64,000 nucleotides of DNA, from NCBI GenBank assembly GCA_041666525.1, contig JBAYGT010000002.1, positions 139,975 to 203,974 on the forward strand, read 5' to 3'. The stretch's first letter is position 1, and every line of letters begins with the position of its first letter. Position numbers and translations under genes: made by a program. The stretch comes from Negativicutes bacterium. GTDB lineage: Bacteria; Bacillota; Negativicutes; JBAXTZ01. Shown here piece after piece: positions 40,124 through 50,470 of the stretch. The notes under the pieces are model-generated. The model ran no database searches. It saw only the letters and a program-made list of their open reading frames with translations, and had not been told where the DNA came from.

Positions 40124-41494
40124 TTACAGTATAAATTGCGAAAGATCCTGACTTTTTACTATATTATCCAGTTTTTCACGAACGTAATCTCTAGTAATTA
40201 CAATTTCCCCAGGTGCTTCAGGTGCATGAAAAGAAATGTCTTCCATCAGCCGTTCCAAAATAGTGTGTAAACGGCGTGCGCCAATATTTTCAGTATCAGT
40301 GTTTACTTTTTCAGCAATGTCGGCAATTTCATCGAGCGCTTCATCATTAAACAACACTTGGACGTTTTCAGTTTGCAGCAATTTTGTATATTGCTTCACA
40401 ATTGAGTTTGACGGTTCAGTTAAAATGCGTTTAAAATCAGCGCAGCTGAGATTCTCAAGTTCTACACGAATCGGGAATCGCCCCTGCAATTCCGGAATAA
40501 GATCGGATGGTTTGGACATATGAAACGCTCCAGCGGCAATAAACAACACCCGGTCAGTACAAACTTGTCCATATTTAGTCATTACCGTTGAGCCTTCAAC
40601 AATCGGTAAAATATCGCGCTGTACTCCTTCACGAGAAACATCAGCGCCTCCAGAATTTCCCCTTCCGGCGATTTTGTCAATCTCGTCAACAAAAATTATT
40701 CCGGCAGTTTCCGCCAGTTCAACGCCATCGCGATTTACTTCATCGTTATCGATTAATTTATGCGCTTCTTCCTGTTGAAATATTTTACGCGCCTCAGCAA
40801 CTTTTACTTTGCGTTTTTTATTCTTTTTCGGCAACATATTTCCGAGCATTTCCTGAAGATTCATGCCCATCTCTTCCATATTGCCGCCACCAAGCATTCC
40901 CAACATTGGCATCCCACTCTGTTCGATGGCAATTTCGATGATTTTTTCTTCGAGCAGTCCGCTTTTTAATTCAGCGCGCACCTTCTCTCGCTCAACACTG
41001 GATGCATTAGCTTCCGGTTGTGGTTGCTGACCGTTGCCAAACAACATTCCGAGCGGATTCATTGGCGCATCATTTTGCTTTTTCGGAACGAAGCAATCAA
41101 TTATGCGCTCTTCTGCAAGATCAGCTGCACGTTGCTCAACATCCTTCATCTTTCGGTTCTTAACCAAACGCACAGCCGTCTCAACCAAATCTCGAACCAT
41201 TGATTCGACATCCCGGCCGACATAACCGACTTCTGTAAATTTAGTCGCCTCAACTTTTACAAAAGGCGCATCTACTATTTTCGCCATCCGCCGCGCAATT
41301 TCGGTTTTACCAACACCGGTTGGCCCAATCATCAGGATGTTTTTTGGAATGATGTCTTCTTGGACGTCTTTTGGTAACTGCGATGCCCGCCAGCGATTTC
41401 TAAGCGCAATCGCGACGGATTTTTTTGCAGCGTTTTGACCAACTATATATTTATCTAATTCGAATACAATTTGTTTTGGGGTGAGATTAGTCAT
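40124..41494 (-). CDS. hslU: ATP-dependent protease ATPase subunit HslU
   Basis: [15 protein letters not shown] Walker A, I-domain insertion, [11 protein letters not shown] Walker B. Confidence 0.93.
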   Translation of the reverse strand: MTNLTPKQIVFELDKYIVGQNAAKKSVAIALRNRWRASQLPKDVQEDIIPKNILMIGPTGVGKTEIARRMAKIVDAPFVKVEATKFTEVGYVGRDVESMVRDLVETAVRLVKNRKMKDVEQRAADLAEERIIDCFVPKKQNDAPMNPLGMLFGNGQQPQPEANASSVEREKVRAELKSGLLEEKIIEIAIEQSGMPMLGMLGGGNMEEMGMNLQEMLGNMLPKKNKKRKVKVAEARKIFQQEEAHKLIDNDEVNRDGVELAETAGIIFVDEIDKIAGRGNSGGADVSREGVQRDILPIVEGSTVMTKYGQVCTDRVLFIAAGAFHMSKPSDLIPELQGRFPIRVELENLSCADFKRILTEPSNSIVKQYTKLLQTENVQVLFNDEALDEIADIAEKVNTDTENIGARRLHTILERLMEDISFHAPEAPGEIVITRDYVREKLDNIVKSQDLSQFIL

Positions 41495-41506
41495 TGTGTT
41501 CCCTTT

Positions 41507-42055
41507 CTATAGTTTTTCCACTGTAATATTATGATTGGTATATACGCAAATATCAGCAGCAATGGTCAACGCCTCATGAACAATTTTGTCCGCCGATAAA
41601 TCTGAATGTTGCATAAGCGCCCGCGCTGCGGCCAACGCATAGAAACCGCCTGAACCAATCGCACATATTTCATCATCCGGCTCGATTACCTCGCCAGTTC
41701 CGGAAATAATTAGCATTTTTTCGTTGTCGGCTACTATCAGTAATGCTTCCAAACGACGTAACACTCTGTCCATACGCCAGTCTTTAGCCAACTCGACAGC
41801 AGCGCGTGACAAGTTGCCGTTGAATTCCTGTAATTTTGCCTCAAACTTTGCGAAAAGCGTAAATGCGTCGGCAACTGACCCGGCAAATCCGGCAATAACT
41901 TTGTCATTATGCAAACGACGAACTTTCTTAGCTGTCTGCTTCATAATTGTCGCCTGGCCAAAAGTTACCTGACCATCACCGGCAATAGCTGTTATACCAT
42001 TTTTTCTCGCGCCAACAATTGTTGTGCCGCGAAATTTTATTGCATTTTCTTCCAT
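41507..42055 (-). CDS. hslV: ATP-dependent protease subunit HslV
   Basis: [11 protein letters not shown] carries the N-terminal Thr nucleophile after Met removal. GGAG RBS. ~182 aa. Confidence 0.9.
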   Translation of the reverse strand: MEENAIKFRGTTIVGARKNGITAIAGDGQVTFGQATIMKQTAKKVRRLHNDKVIAGFAGSVADAFTLFAKFEAKLQEFNGNLSRAAVELAKDWRMDRVLRRLEALLIVADNEKMLIISGTGEVIEPDDEICAIGSGGFYALAAARALMQHSDLSADKIVHEALTIAADICVYTNHNITVEKL

Positions 42056-42084
42056 TTCTTCTCCATTAAACAATTACAATTTTA

Positions 42085-42984
42085 TTATTCTTTGCTAGCC
42101 CGTGGGTGCTTGGCGCCATAGACTGCAAGTAATCTGTCAGTTGTTATATGCGTATAGATTTGCGTGGTCGAGAGGTTGACGTGCCCGAGCAACTCCTGCA
42201 CTGCACGCAAATCGGCACCGTGATTAAGCAAGTGAGTTGCAAAAGTGTGTCGGATGGTATGCGGGCTGATATGACGCTCATGGGCAAAGATCGTCGTATA
42301 TTTTTCGAACATTCGTCGGACGCTTCTATCACTTAACCTGCCGCCGCGATAATTGACGAACAAATAGTTGTGTGGTTTGACTTCATTGGCTGCAGCTGCA
42401 ATCAGAACATTGCGTGCGCTACGCAAGTAATTAGCAACGCATTTCAGCGCTGAGTCATTCACAGGTACGATACGTTCTTTTGAACCTTTACCCAAAACCA
42501 GCAACTCTCCATCTTGACAAGATGATATTCGCAGGTCGACCAATTCACCAACCCGCAATCCGGATGAATAGAGCAGTTCCAATATTGCACTATCTCTTAA
42601 CCCTAACGGCGTAGCGCGATCGGGCAGATTCAGTAGTCTGATCATTTCAGCTTCATCAATAAATTGCGGCAATCGCCTGTCCATTTTTGGTGAACGTACT
42701 GCAGCAAACGGATTTGTTTCAACCCATTCCTCACGTAATAAAAACTTATAAAACGTCCGTAATGCCGACAATTTACGCGTAACACTGCGTTTAGAAATTG
42801 TTAATCGCACCTTAGTCAAGTAACGACGTATATCTACAATGGTTATGCTGTTGAGAGGAGTAGCGATTTCCGTAAAAAATTCTTCAATGTCTGAATGATA
42901 GTTTTTTATTGTATGCGCAGCAGCGTGTTTTTCAACACGCAAATAATCCACGAAAGCGTCAAGTTGTTTTGTTGGTACAAACAT
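42085..42984 (-). CDS. xerC: Tyrosine recombinase XerC (CodV-type)
   Basis: R...HxxR...Y catalytic residues ([26 protein letters not shown]). Position between trmFO and hslV matches the Bacillus codV locus. Start could be 43092, since the 42959 overlap with trmFO is ambiguous. Confidence 0.85.
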   Translation of the reverse strand: MFVPTKQLDAFVDYLRVEKHAAAHTIKNYHSDIEEFFTEIATPLNSITIVDIRRYLTKVRLTISKRSVTRKLSALRTFYKFLLREEWVETNPFAAVRSPKMDRRLPQFIDEAEMIRLLNLPDRATPLGLRDSAILELLYSSGLRVGELVDLRISSCQDGELLVLGKGSKERIVPVNDSALKCVANYLRSARNVLIAAAANEVKPHNYLFVNYRGGRLSDRSVRRMFEKYTTIFAHERHISPHTIRHTFATHLLNHGADLRAVQELLGHVNLSTTQIYTHITTDRLLAVYGAKHPRASKE

Positions 42985-44296
42985 GTTCTTTTTCCATAAA
43001 AATTCGCAAACTGGCCAAAGACCGCTCGGCGTAATACGCATAGCGATCTTTTTTGCTGCGGATCTTTTTTTCTGCATTAGGTACAATTCCAAAATTAGCG
43101 TTCATCGGTTGAAAATGCTTGTTTGCAGTCGTAATATAAGCACATAATGAACCAAGAACGGTTTCTAACGGGAACAACAATTGAGATTGACCGTGCGCAA
43201 CCCGCGCGGCATTGATTCCGGCAAGCATACCGGATGCTGCTGATTCAACATAACCTTCAACTCCGGTTATCTGACCGGCAAAATAGATATTTGCGTTATT
43301 TTGCATATTTAATGTTGGGCTGATTATCTTTGGTGAATTGATAAAAGTATTACGATGCATTACGCCATAGCGAATAAATTCAGCGTTTGCCAAACCAGGA
43401 ATCATACGAAACACTCTTTTTTGCTCCGGCCACTTTAAGTTAGTTTGAAACCCGACCATATTATACAGCGATGCGGCAAAATTATCCTGTCGCAATTGCA
43501 CAACCGCAAATTCTTCCCGCCCTGTGTGAGGGTTTATCAACCCTACTGGTTTCAACGGACCAAACCGAATTGTGTCATAGCCGCGTGCAGCCATTTCTTC
43601 GATAGGCATACAGCCTTCAAAAAGCACCTTGTCCTCAAATTCCTGAAGAGCTACTTTTTCCGATGCAATTAACTGATTGTAGAACATATCATATTGAGCT
43701 TTGTCCATCGGCAAATTTATATAGTCTGCTTCACCGCGATCATAACGGGATGCAGCATAAGCAATTGACATATCAATGGAATCGTACTCAATTATTGGTG
43801 CTGCCGCATCATAGAAATACATAAATTGGGCGCCGCACAGCTCGGAAATTTGTTTAGCCAACGCATCACTCGTCAACGGCCCAGTGGCAATTATCGTCTT
43901 ATCGTTCAATAACTTTTTTAGATCAATTACTTCACTGCGGATTATTTCAATATTATCATGATTCGAAAGTTTTTTTGTGATTTCAGTTGAAAATACTTCG
44001 CGGTCGACGGCCAATGCACCGCCTGCTGGAACACGGTTGCTGTCAGCACTAGCGATAACAATTGACTCAAAATTACGCATCTCAGCTTTTAGCAAGCCGC
44101 AGGCATTGCCAAGTTCATCAGATTTTAGCGAATTACTACACACCAATTCGGCAAAATTGCCAGTATAATGCGCAGCGGTCATTTTTACTGGCCGCATCTC
44201 AAATAATCGGACGTGGCAACCTCGATTTGCAGCTTGCCACGCCGCTTCGCTACCAGCCAATCCGGCGCCGACGATATTAACTATCGGTTTTTTCAT
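42959..44296 (-). CDS. trmFO: Methylenetetrahydrofolate--tRNA-(uracil54-C5)-methyltransferase TrmFO (Gid)
   Basis: [24 protein letters not shown]-binding N-terminus, GidA-like, ~445 aa. Confidence 0.9.
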   Translation of the reverse strand: MKKPIVNIVGAGLAGSEAAWQAANRGCHVRLFEMRPVKMTAAHYTGNFAELVCSNSLKSDELGNACGLLKAEMRNFESIVIASADSNRVPAGGALAVDREVFSTEITKKLSNHDNIEIIRSEVIDLKKLLNDKTIIATGPLTSDALAKQISELCGAQFMYFYDAAAPIIEYDSIDMSIAYAASRYDRGEADYINLPMDKAQYDMFYNQLIASEKVALQEFEDKVLFEGCMPIEEMAARGYDTIRFGPLKPVGLINPHTGREEFAVVQLRQDNFAASLYNMVGFQTNLKWPEQKRVFRMIPGLANAEFIRYGVMHRNTFINSPKIISPTLNMQNNANIYFAGQITGVEGYVESAASGMLAGINAARVAHGQSQLLFPLETVLGSLCAYITTANKHFQPMNANFGIVPNAEKKIRSKKDRYAYYAERSLASLRIFMEKEHVCTNKTT

Positions 44297-46382
44297 TTTT
44301 CTTAACCGGTTTTTCTTTTCCAAAATTGCAGTCAATATTACTGCAGAGTTTTTTTGCACCGCGGCCTTTGTAGAGATGTTTCATCAAATACTCACCGCAT
44401 TTTGGACATTTTTCCTCAATCGGTATATCCCAGGTTGCAAAAGTACAAGTTGGATATTCACTACAGCCAAAGAATTTTTTACCTTTTTTACTGCGTTTTT
44501 CGGACAACATGCCAATTTTGCATTGAGGACAGATAAAATTCGAAAGACTGACGATCGGTTTGGTAAACTTACAGTCAGGATAACCCGGGCAAGCAAGAAA
44601 CTCGCCGAATCGTCCGGATTTTTTCACCAGATTTTTTTCACATTTGGGACAGAGTTCATCAGTTATTATCGGTTCAATTACCCGGCGCTCAGCTTTTTCC
44701 CGTGCCTCACTGATACTCGCGCTAAAGCTTTGATAGAACTCACGCAATGCTGTAATCCGCTGCATTTTTCCATCAGCAATTTCATCAAGCTCGTGTTCCA
44801 TTTTTGCAGTAAATTCAGCATTTACAATCGTCGCAAAATATTTTACCAACAGCTCGTTTACGATAAATCCAAGCTCCGTTGGAATGAATTTTTTCTCAAT
44901 TTTTTCAACATAACCGCGATCAACAATTGTTTCGATAATTGGTACAAATGTGCTTGGACGACCTATTCCCAGATCCTCCAATAGTTTTATCAGCGAAGGT
45001 TCATTGTAGCGAGGTGGCGGCTCGGTAAATTTCTGCGCCGATTCTAGCTTAATTAGTTTCAGCAGTTGCTCTAAATCGAGCTCTGGCAACGTTTTTTGTT
45101 TATCTGCGCTGTCTTCTCCGCCGTCATCATAGACCGCCAAATAGCCTGCAAATATCCGCTTGGAACCGCTAGCGTGAAACAAATATTTCCCTGATTTGAC
45201 ATCACAAGTTTCAATATCATAAACAGCCGGAGTCATCTGACAAGCAATAAACCGATCCCAAATCAGCTTGTACAACCTTAACTGGTCGCGTCCAAGTGCG
45301 TTTTTGAGTTTATCCGGTGTAATTAGCGCATCAACCGGACGAATGGCTTCGTGAGCATCCTGAGATGCCTTTTTCTTGTATAAATTCGGTTTGTCAGGAA
45401 GATAACTATTTCCAAACGCATCGCCAATAATTGCACGTGCACTCTGTACAGCTTGTTCAGATATTCGAAAAGAATCAGTACGCATATAAGTAATCAAACC
45501 GGTATGACCAAATCCCGGCACTTCCATCCCCTCATACAGCTGTTGTGCAAGCTGCATTACCCGCCTTGGGGTAATATTCAACCGCCGTGATGCGTCTTGT
45601 TGCAAAGTGCTGGTAATAAATGGCGGCGGTGCGGCTTTTTTTCGTTGCTTTTTGGTAAGATCAATTACCTTGAATTCCGCTGTCTGTAAATCAGATATAA
45701 TCTGATCGTTTTGAGTTTTGTTAGTGATTGAGGCTTTTTTACCGTTGATTTTGGTTAGCGCTGCAGTAAAATCGCCTTTCGTTTTGCCATTATTAAGTAA
45801 TGCGTCGATTGTCCAATATTCTTCCGGCTGGAAATTTCTGATTTCCAATTCGCGCTCGCAAATTAAGCGAACTACTACTGATTGCACCCTACCGGCGCTC
45901 AGCCCTTTTTTTATTTTATTCCACAACAACGGGCTGAGTTCATAGCCAACGATGCGGTCCAAAATTCGTCGCGTTTGTTGCGCTTCAACTAAATCGAAAT
46001 CAATAGAACGAGGCGATTTTACTGCACCTTGAATACATGGTTTGGTTATCTCGTTAAAAACAATCCGGCACTTACCGGTGATATCAACTTTCAGCACTTC
46101 GGCAATATGCCAGGCAATCGCTTCACCTTCACGATCCGGGTCAGTCGCGAGCAGCACTTGGTCGGCTGTCTTCGCGGCAAGTTTTAATTCCTTGATCAGC
46201 GCACTTTTGTCGCGACTATTAATATAATGCGGTTCAAAGTTATTCTCTAAATCCACGCCCATTTTGCTTTTTGGCAAATCACGGATGTGCCCCTTGGTTG
46301 ATTTTACAGTATAATTTTTGCCCAGATAGCCTTCAATTGTCTTGGCTTTTGCTGGTGATTCCACCAATACCAAATATTTCAA
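44277..46382 (-). CDS. topA: DNA topoisomerase I
   Basis: [19 protein letters not shown], multiple C4 zinc ribbons at the C-terminus. TTG start with a perfect AGGAGG 6 nt upstream. The track ORF start at 46436 overlaps dprA and lacks an RBS. Confidence 0.9.
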   Translation of the reverse strand: MKYLVLVESPAKAKTIEGYLGKNYTVKSTKGHIRDLPKSKMGVDLENNFEPHYINSRDKSALIKELKLAAKTADQVLLATDPDREGEAIAWHIAEVLKVDITGKCRIVFNEITKPCIQGAVKSPRSIDFDLVEAQQTRRILDRIVGYELSPLLWNKIKKGLSAGRVQSVVVRLICERELEIRNFQPEEYWTIDALLNNGKTKGDFTAALTKINGKKASITNKTQNDQIISDLQTAEFKVIDLTKKQRKKAAPPPFITSTLQQDASRRLNITPRRVMQLAQQLYEGMEVPGFGHTGLITYMRTDSFRISEQAVQSARAIIGDAFGNSYLPDKPNLYKKKASQDAHEAIRPVDALITPDKLKNALGRDQLRLYKLIWDRFIACQMTPAVYDIETCDVKSGKYLFHASGSKRIFAGYLAVYDDGGEDSADKQKTLPELDLEQLLKLIKLESAQKFTEPPPRYNEPSLIKLLEDLGIGRPSTFVPIIETIVDRGYVEKIEKKFIPTELGFIVNELLVKYFATIVNAEFTAKMEHELDEIADGKMQRITALREFYQSFSASISEAREKAERRVIEPIITDELCPKCEKNLVKKSGRFGEFLACPGYPDCKFTKPIVSLSNFICPQCKIGMLSEKRSKKGKKFFGCSEYPTCTFATWDIPIEEKCPKCGEYLMKHLYKGRGAKKLCSNIDCNFGKEKPVKKNEKTDS

Positions 46383-46392
46383 GTAGTTCCTC

Positions 46393-47409
46393 CTAATTGC
46401 TGCGCAGATAGCGTTTACCTGATTCCTCGCGTACAATTCCTCTCATTAGCATGTTAAAAACAGCGATGTTCGCCTGTTTGGCACTGAAATTTGTACGCAA
46501 ACAAATTTCATCAATAGTCATTGCTTTATCTAAAAATAGTGCTCCAAAAATTACTTCTTCATCAACATTGCTAAAACTTGGCGTGATTTTATTAATGCAT
46601 TGACGAGAAAATAACACAAGTGACTGTAATTCGTCAATTAAATCTTTTGCGCTGTCAATTAATTTAGCGCCGCTCTTAATCAATTTATGACATCCGGCCG
46701 AATTTTCCGAAAAGATCGAACCCGGAACCGCAAAAACATCCTTGCCCTGATCTAGTGCAAAATCGGCAGTTATCAGCGCTCCGCTTTTTTCGGCGGCTTC
46801 TACAACGACAATTGAATTTGCCAGTCCGCTGATGATACGGTTGCGCATTGGAAAATAATACGGACGCACTTCAGTGCCGGGCGGATACTCTGATATTACT
46901 GCACCGCTTTCAGTGATTGCCTTAAGCAACGAGGCATTCTCCTTCGGATACGCTACATCAATGCCGCACCCCAAAACTGCGACTGTCGGCCGGTTAACCG
47001 CCAATGCAGCTGCGTGCGCAATTGTATCGATCCCCCGCGCTGCACCGCTGATAACAATCAATCCGGACTCAGCAAGATCATGCGCTAATTTTTGCGCTGC
47101 TGCTTTACCATATACCGTAGGGTTGCGCGAACCGACTATGGCCACCTTGGGATTTTTACATAATTCACCGCGGCAATATAACAACGCCGGCGCATTGTAA
47201 ATGTTTTTCAAATCAGCCGGATAATCCTGGTCATCGGCAACGATAATTTTGGTGGTCAGCCGCGCCATAACTTGAGCGAGCTTTTCCACCTCTTCGTCGC
47301 TGCGCATATCAACAAACCGCGAATATTCAGCGCTAGTCACTGCAAATTCGGCAAGCTGTTCAGACGCAGCGAACAACGCCGCACGCGCCGAACCGAAGCT
47401 GTCTATCAA
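46393..47409 (-). CDS. dprA: DNA processing protein DprA (Smf)
   Basis: Rossmann-like DprA core (GSRNPTVYG...GAARGID...) and the conserved dprA-topA adjacency. Confidence 0.85.
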   Translation of the reverse strand: MIDSFGSARAALFAASEQLAEFAVTSAEYSRFVDMRSDEEVEKLAQVMARLTTKIIVADDQDYPADLKNIYNAPALLYCRGELCKNPKVAIVGSRNPTVYGKAAAQKLAHDLAESGLIVISGAARGIDTIAHAAALAVNRPTVAVLGCGIDVAYPKENASLLKAITESGAVISEYPPGTEVRPYYFPMRNRIISGLANSIVVVEAAEKSGALITADFALDQGKDVFAVPGSIFSENSAGCHKLIKSGAKLIDSAKDLIDELQSLVLFSRQCINKITPSFSNVDEEVIFGALFLDKAMTIDEICLRTNFSAKQANIAVFNMLMRGIVREESGKRYLRSN

Positions 47410-47487
47410 TACTTGATATTTTCGGTTGTTGAATCCAAGCGCTTTATGTAGTTGAGCGCAAAATAAATTTTTGATAAGTTCACTTCC

Positions 47488-48618
47488 TCACTCAAATTTC
47501 AGCAATTCATCGGCAATCGCCGCAGCCGCATCCGGGCGCCCCAAATTCATAACGTTCAGATGCAATTGCTGCAAAGTTTTTGGACAAGTTAGCAAGCCTT
47601 CAACAATATTGATTAATTCATTAATATTCGGCGCTACTATCGCCGCGTTGTTACTGGTCAAAAAATTGGCATTATCTGTTTCATGTCCGGGTATCGGATT
47701 ATATACAATCATTGGCAGTCCGATACTTAGCGTCTCGGCAGTAGTTAAACCACCCGGCTTCGAAATAATCATATCCGAGACCGCCATCACATCATTAACA
47801 AAATCAATGTAAGAATAAATTCGTAACGGTTTCCTGGCGTGTTTTTTGTACTCAACCAATTTTCGATACATCTTCAAGTTGGTACCGGCCATCATCACCA
47901 TTTGAAATGGCACCGTTGATTTATCAAGCGCTTCAGCGATTTCAACTAGTGGAATCATTCCGGTGCCGCCACCCATTGCCGCAATTATCGGCAAATCATT
48001 TCGAAGATTGAGCTTATTTAGAATCTCAGTTCGTGCATTGAGCTTGCTTAAATCAAGGCTTGAAGGAATGCCGGTAACTTGAACATGATTGGCGTCAATG
48101 TCGTAATGCGCAAAGCTGGCAACCATTTCATCGCAACCAACAAAATATTTGCGAATGTGCTCAAAAACCCACCAATAGTGCAATGAATAATCGGTAATTA
48201 TACCGTACACCGGAACATTGATGTGTTGTTTTTGAATGAGATAATCAAGAATTCCCGCCGGGAGGAAATGGCTACAGACAATTGCCGAAGGCTGAATTTT
48301 TCGCACAAGCTTGAGCATTTTGTAGGCTCCGGCCATGTGCATAAAACTGCGCGTGGAAAAATATTTGCCGTACTGGTTTTGCATATCATACAATGTGCCA
48401 TAAAGTCTTGGAACTTTTGCGACAAAACGTAAATAAGCCTTAGTTAATGCTCCGCCGAAGAAATCTGGATAGTCTTCGAAAACATCAACCAGGCGTGTAT
48501 CAACTTCACTATCTCTTTTTTTTATGGCTTTAATAACAGCTTGCGCCGCCTTAGCATGGCCATGACCAAACGGCGCCGAGAGAAATAAAATTCGTTTTGG
48601 TTTAATCATTGCTTTCAC
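47488..48618 (-). CDS. Glycosyltransferase family 28, MGDG/diglucosyl-diacylglycerol synthase-like (UgtP-like)
   Basis: N-terminal RILFLSAPFGHGHAKAAQA and a C-terminal GT-B donor-binding domain, as in processive diacylglycerol glycosyltransferases. Confidence 0.65.
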   Translation of the reverse strand: MKAMIKPKRILFLSAPFGHGHAKAAQAVIKAIKKRDSEVDTRLVDVFEDYPDFFGGALTKAYLRFVAKVPRLYGTLYDMQNQYGKYFSTRSFMHMAGAYKMLKLVRKIQPSAIVCSHFLPAGILDYLIQKQHINVPVYGIITDYSLHYWWVFEHIRKYFVGCDEMVASFAHYDIDANHVQVTGIPSSLDLSKLNARTEILNKLNLRNDLPIIAAMGGGTGMIPLVEIAEALDKSTVPFQMVMMAGTNLKMYRKLVEYKKHARKPLRIYSYIDFVNDVMAVSDMIISKPGGLTTAETLSIGLPMIVYNPIPGHETDNANFLTSNNAAIVAPNINELINIVEGLLTCPKTLQQLHLNVMNLGRPDAAAAIADELLKFE

Positions 48619-48721
48619 TATAATAAATTATTATTTGTTCGAGCTTATACTACAATAACGCAACTGGCAAGTCAATATAAACAAACAGCTCGCAATCAAA
48701 ACGATTACGAGCATTTAGCGA

Positions 48722-50077
48722 TTATATTGTCAGACTTTTTTTCAGTAATACAAGCGCGGCTTTTGGATAACGATATGCCAGAACCCCGGCCGAAGCCATA
48801 ATATAATCATGATCAATCAATACTACTCCAGTACGCGGTAGTAAACGAACATCACGTTGATGAGTGTTTAAATTTTGCAAAATGCGTACGCCGCACTCCA
48901 GCTTGGTCAACGCCCCGCCCGTACCAATTATCCATTTGACCGCCGTCAGGTCTTTCCCGCGAGCTATTTGCTTGCGCCCGCTAATACCGTAAATATATTC
49001 GAGCGTGCCGCTGTGGCGGGCAAGCGCTGTGTGCGCTGCTGCGTTCGCCATGTGTTCAGCAAGTTCAAGTTGCTCAACAGTTTGCGGAACAGCTGCAACT
49101 AATGCGGTTAACTCAACATTATCGTAACGTCCGTTCAAAATATCCTCGGGTTCCAATAAGGCAACAATGTTTCCGGCATTAATAAACATTCCCAAATCGC
49201 CTTCAACAGTGCGCTTTGCCATTGGTTCAGGATTTATCAGCAAAGAACTTATTTCACTGTCGCCCTCAGTAACCGAGTGAACGTCAGTCGTTGCGCCGCC
49301 AATATCGATTACCAGTACATCACCAATGCTATCACGTAATAACTTCGCCGCATTCATCACTGCACCTGGCACCGGCAATATTTTACCGGTGACCATTTCA
49401 CGAATCAATTGCATTCCTGGCGCGTGAACGATATGTTTTTCGAACACTTTTTGGATTGCAGCGCGTGCGGTGTCGACATTGAGTGCGTCAATCCGCGGAT
49501 AAACATTATCAACACAAATAAGCTCTTTGCCATTATCTGCGAACATATCTTTGATCTCGTCAATGAGCGCGCAATTTCCGGCGTAAATAGTCGGTGCCGT
49601 CAAAGGCGAGCGAGAAAGTTTCTCGGCATTACGTAATGTGATTTCCTGTTCTCCGTAATCTACACCACCCGCCAAGAACACAATGTTCGGTTGAATTTTG
49701 ATTATGCGTTGCAATTCACGTTCAGAAATATCTCCGGCAGTTATGAGTTGAATATTTGCCCCGGCTCCCAACACTGCTTCCTGCGCGGCTTTTACGGTCA
49801 TGTCATAGACCAAACCATGCACAGTCATTCGCAAACCACCCGCTGCCGAGGATGCTGCGAGCATTTCTTTGTAATCCAGCTGGCAATTTATTGCGCACTC
49901 AATTTCCTCAATTGCCTTATGCAAACCGATGGTCACATCACCTTCAGCAACAGTCGTTAACGCTTGACCTTGTGCGATAATTTGCGGGTCGTCGCTTTCA
50001 ATTTTGTCAATCGCTGTAACGATTGTTGTAGTGCTACCGATTTCGGCAACAAGACAGTCAACTGATAATTTCGTCAT
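48722..50077 (-). CDS. B12-enzyme reactivase-like ATPase, EutA/GlmL(MutL) family (two ASKHA domains)
   Basis: Two actin-like ATPase phosphate-binding motifs (LVAEIGSTTT... and VLVIDIGGATTDVHSV). 451 aa. Lies just downstream of oraE. Confidence 0.6.
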   Translation of the reverse strand: MTKLSVDCLVAEIGSTTTIVTAIDKIESDDPQIIAQGQALTTVAEGDVTIGLHKAIEEIECAINCQLDYKEMLAASSAAGGLRMTVHGLVYDMTVKAAQEAVLGAGANIQLITAGDISERELQRIIKIQPNIVFLAGGVDYGEQEITLRNAEKLSRSPLTAPTIYAGNCALIDEIKDMFADNGKELICVDNVYPRIDALNVDTARAAIQKVFEKHIVHAPGMQLIREMVTGKILPVPGAVMNAAKLLRDSIGDVLVIDIGGATTDVHSVTEGDSEISSLLINPEPMAKRTVEGDLGMFINAGNIVALLEPEDILNGRYDNVELTALVAAVPQTVEQLELAEHMANAAAHTALARHSGTLEYIYGISGRKQIARGKDLTAVKWIIGTGGALTKLECGVRILQNLNTHQRDVRLLPRTGVVLIDHDYIMASAGVLAYRYPKAALVLLKKSLTI

Positions 50078-50130
50078 AAATACACCTGCTGTTTTTAGCT
50101 TAAGAGAAACATCGAAACGAAATCACAGAA

Positions 50131-50451
50131 CTATTCTTCAAACATTTGAATTTCCGAATCAAAATACTGCTCCATGAAATAAACTTTTTTCATAATTTCC
50201 GCTTTTGATAATTTTTGGTTTGATACTATCCATTTCGTTTCAACGTCATCGTTTCGATGAACAACTGCAACGACCTTTCCTTGGTATTTATCGATCGGAT
50301 AATCAAAATCCAAAACATAAACGTCCTGTTCTTCGCCATCCCCGCCAATAATCCCCGGTATATAGCCGTAGTTCACCGGATAAACATTATTGAATTTATC
50401 AACATAACCAATGGGCCGGTCAATAATTACTTGAACCAATTTTGATTGCAC
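50131..50451 (-). CDS. Truncated family-I inorganic-pyrophosphatase-like protein (106 aa)
   Basis: IDRPIGY...YPVNYGYIPGIIGGDGEEQDVYVL aligns with the PPase core FVDRF...YPxNYGxIPxTL.xDGDPLDVLV. The N-terminal ~45 and C-terminal ~50 residues of a ~175-aa PPase are missing. Confidence 0.5.
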   Translation of the reverse strand: MQSKLVQVIIDRPIGYVDKFNNVYPVNYGYIPGIIGGDGEEQDVYVLDFDYPIDKYQGKVVAVVHRNDDVETKWIVSNQKLSKAEIMKKVYFMEQYFDSEIQMFEE

Positions 50452-50470
50452 GATTGATCTCCAAATTTTT

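Noticed and set aside
42085-43092. Tyrosine recombinase that might mark an integrated mobile element
   Set aside because: It sits in the conserved trmFO-xerC(codV)-hslV-hslU housekeeping arrangement. It has no flanking repeats, phage genes or tRNA, so it is chromosomal XerC, not an integrase of a mobile element.
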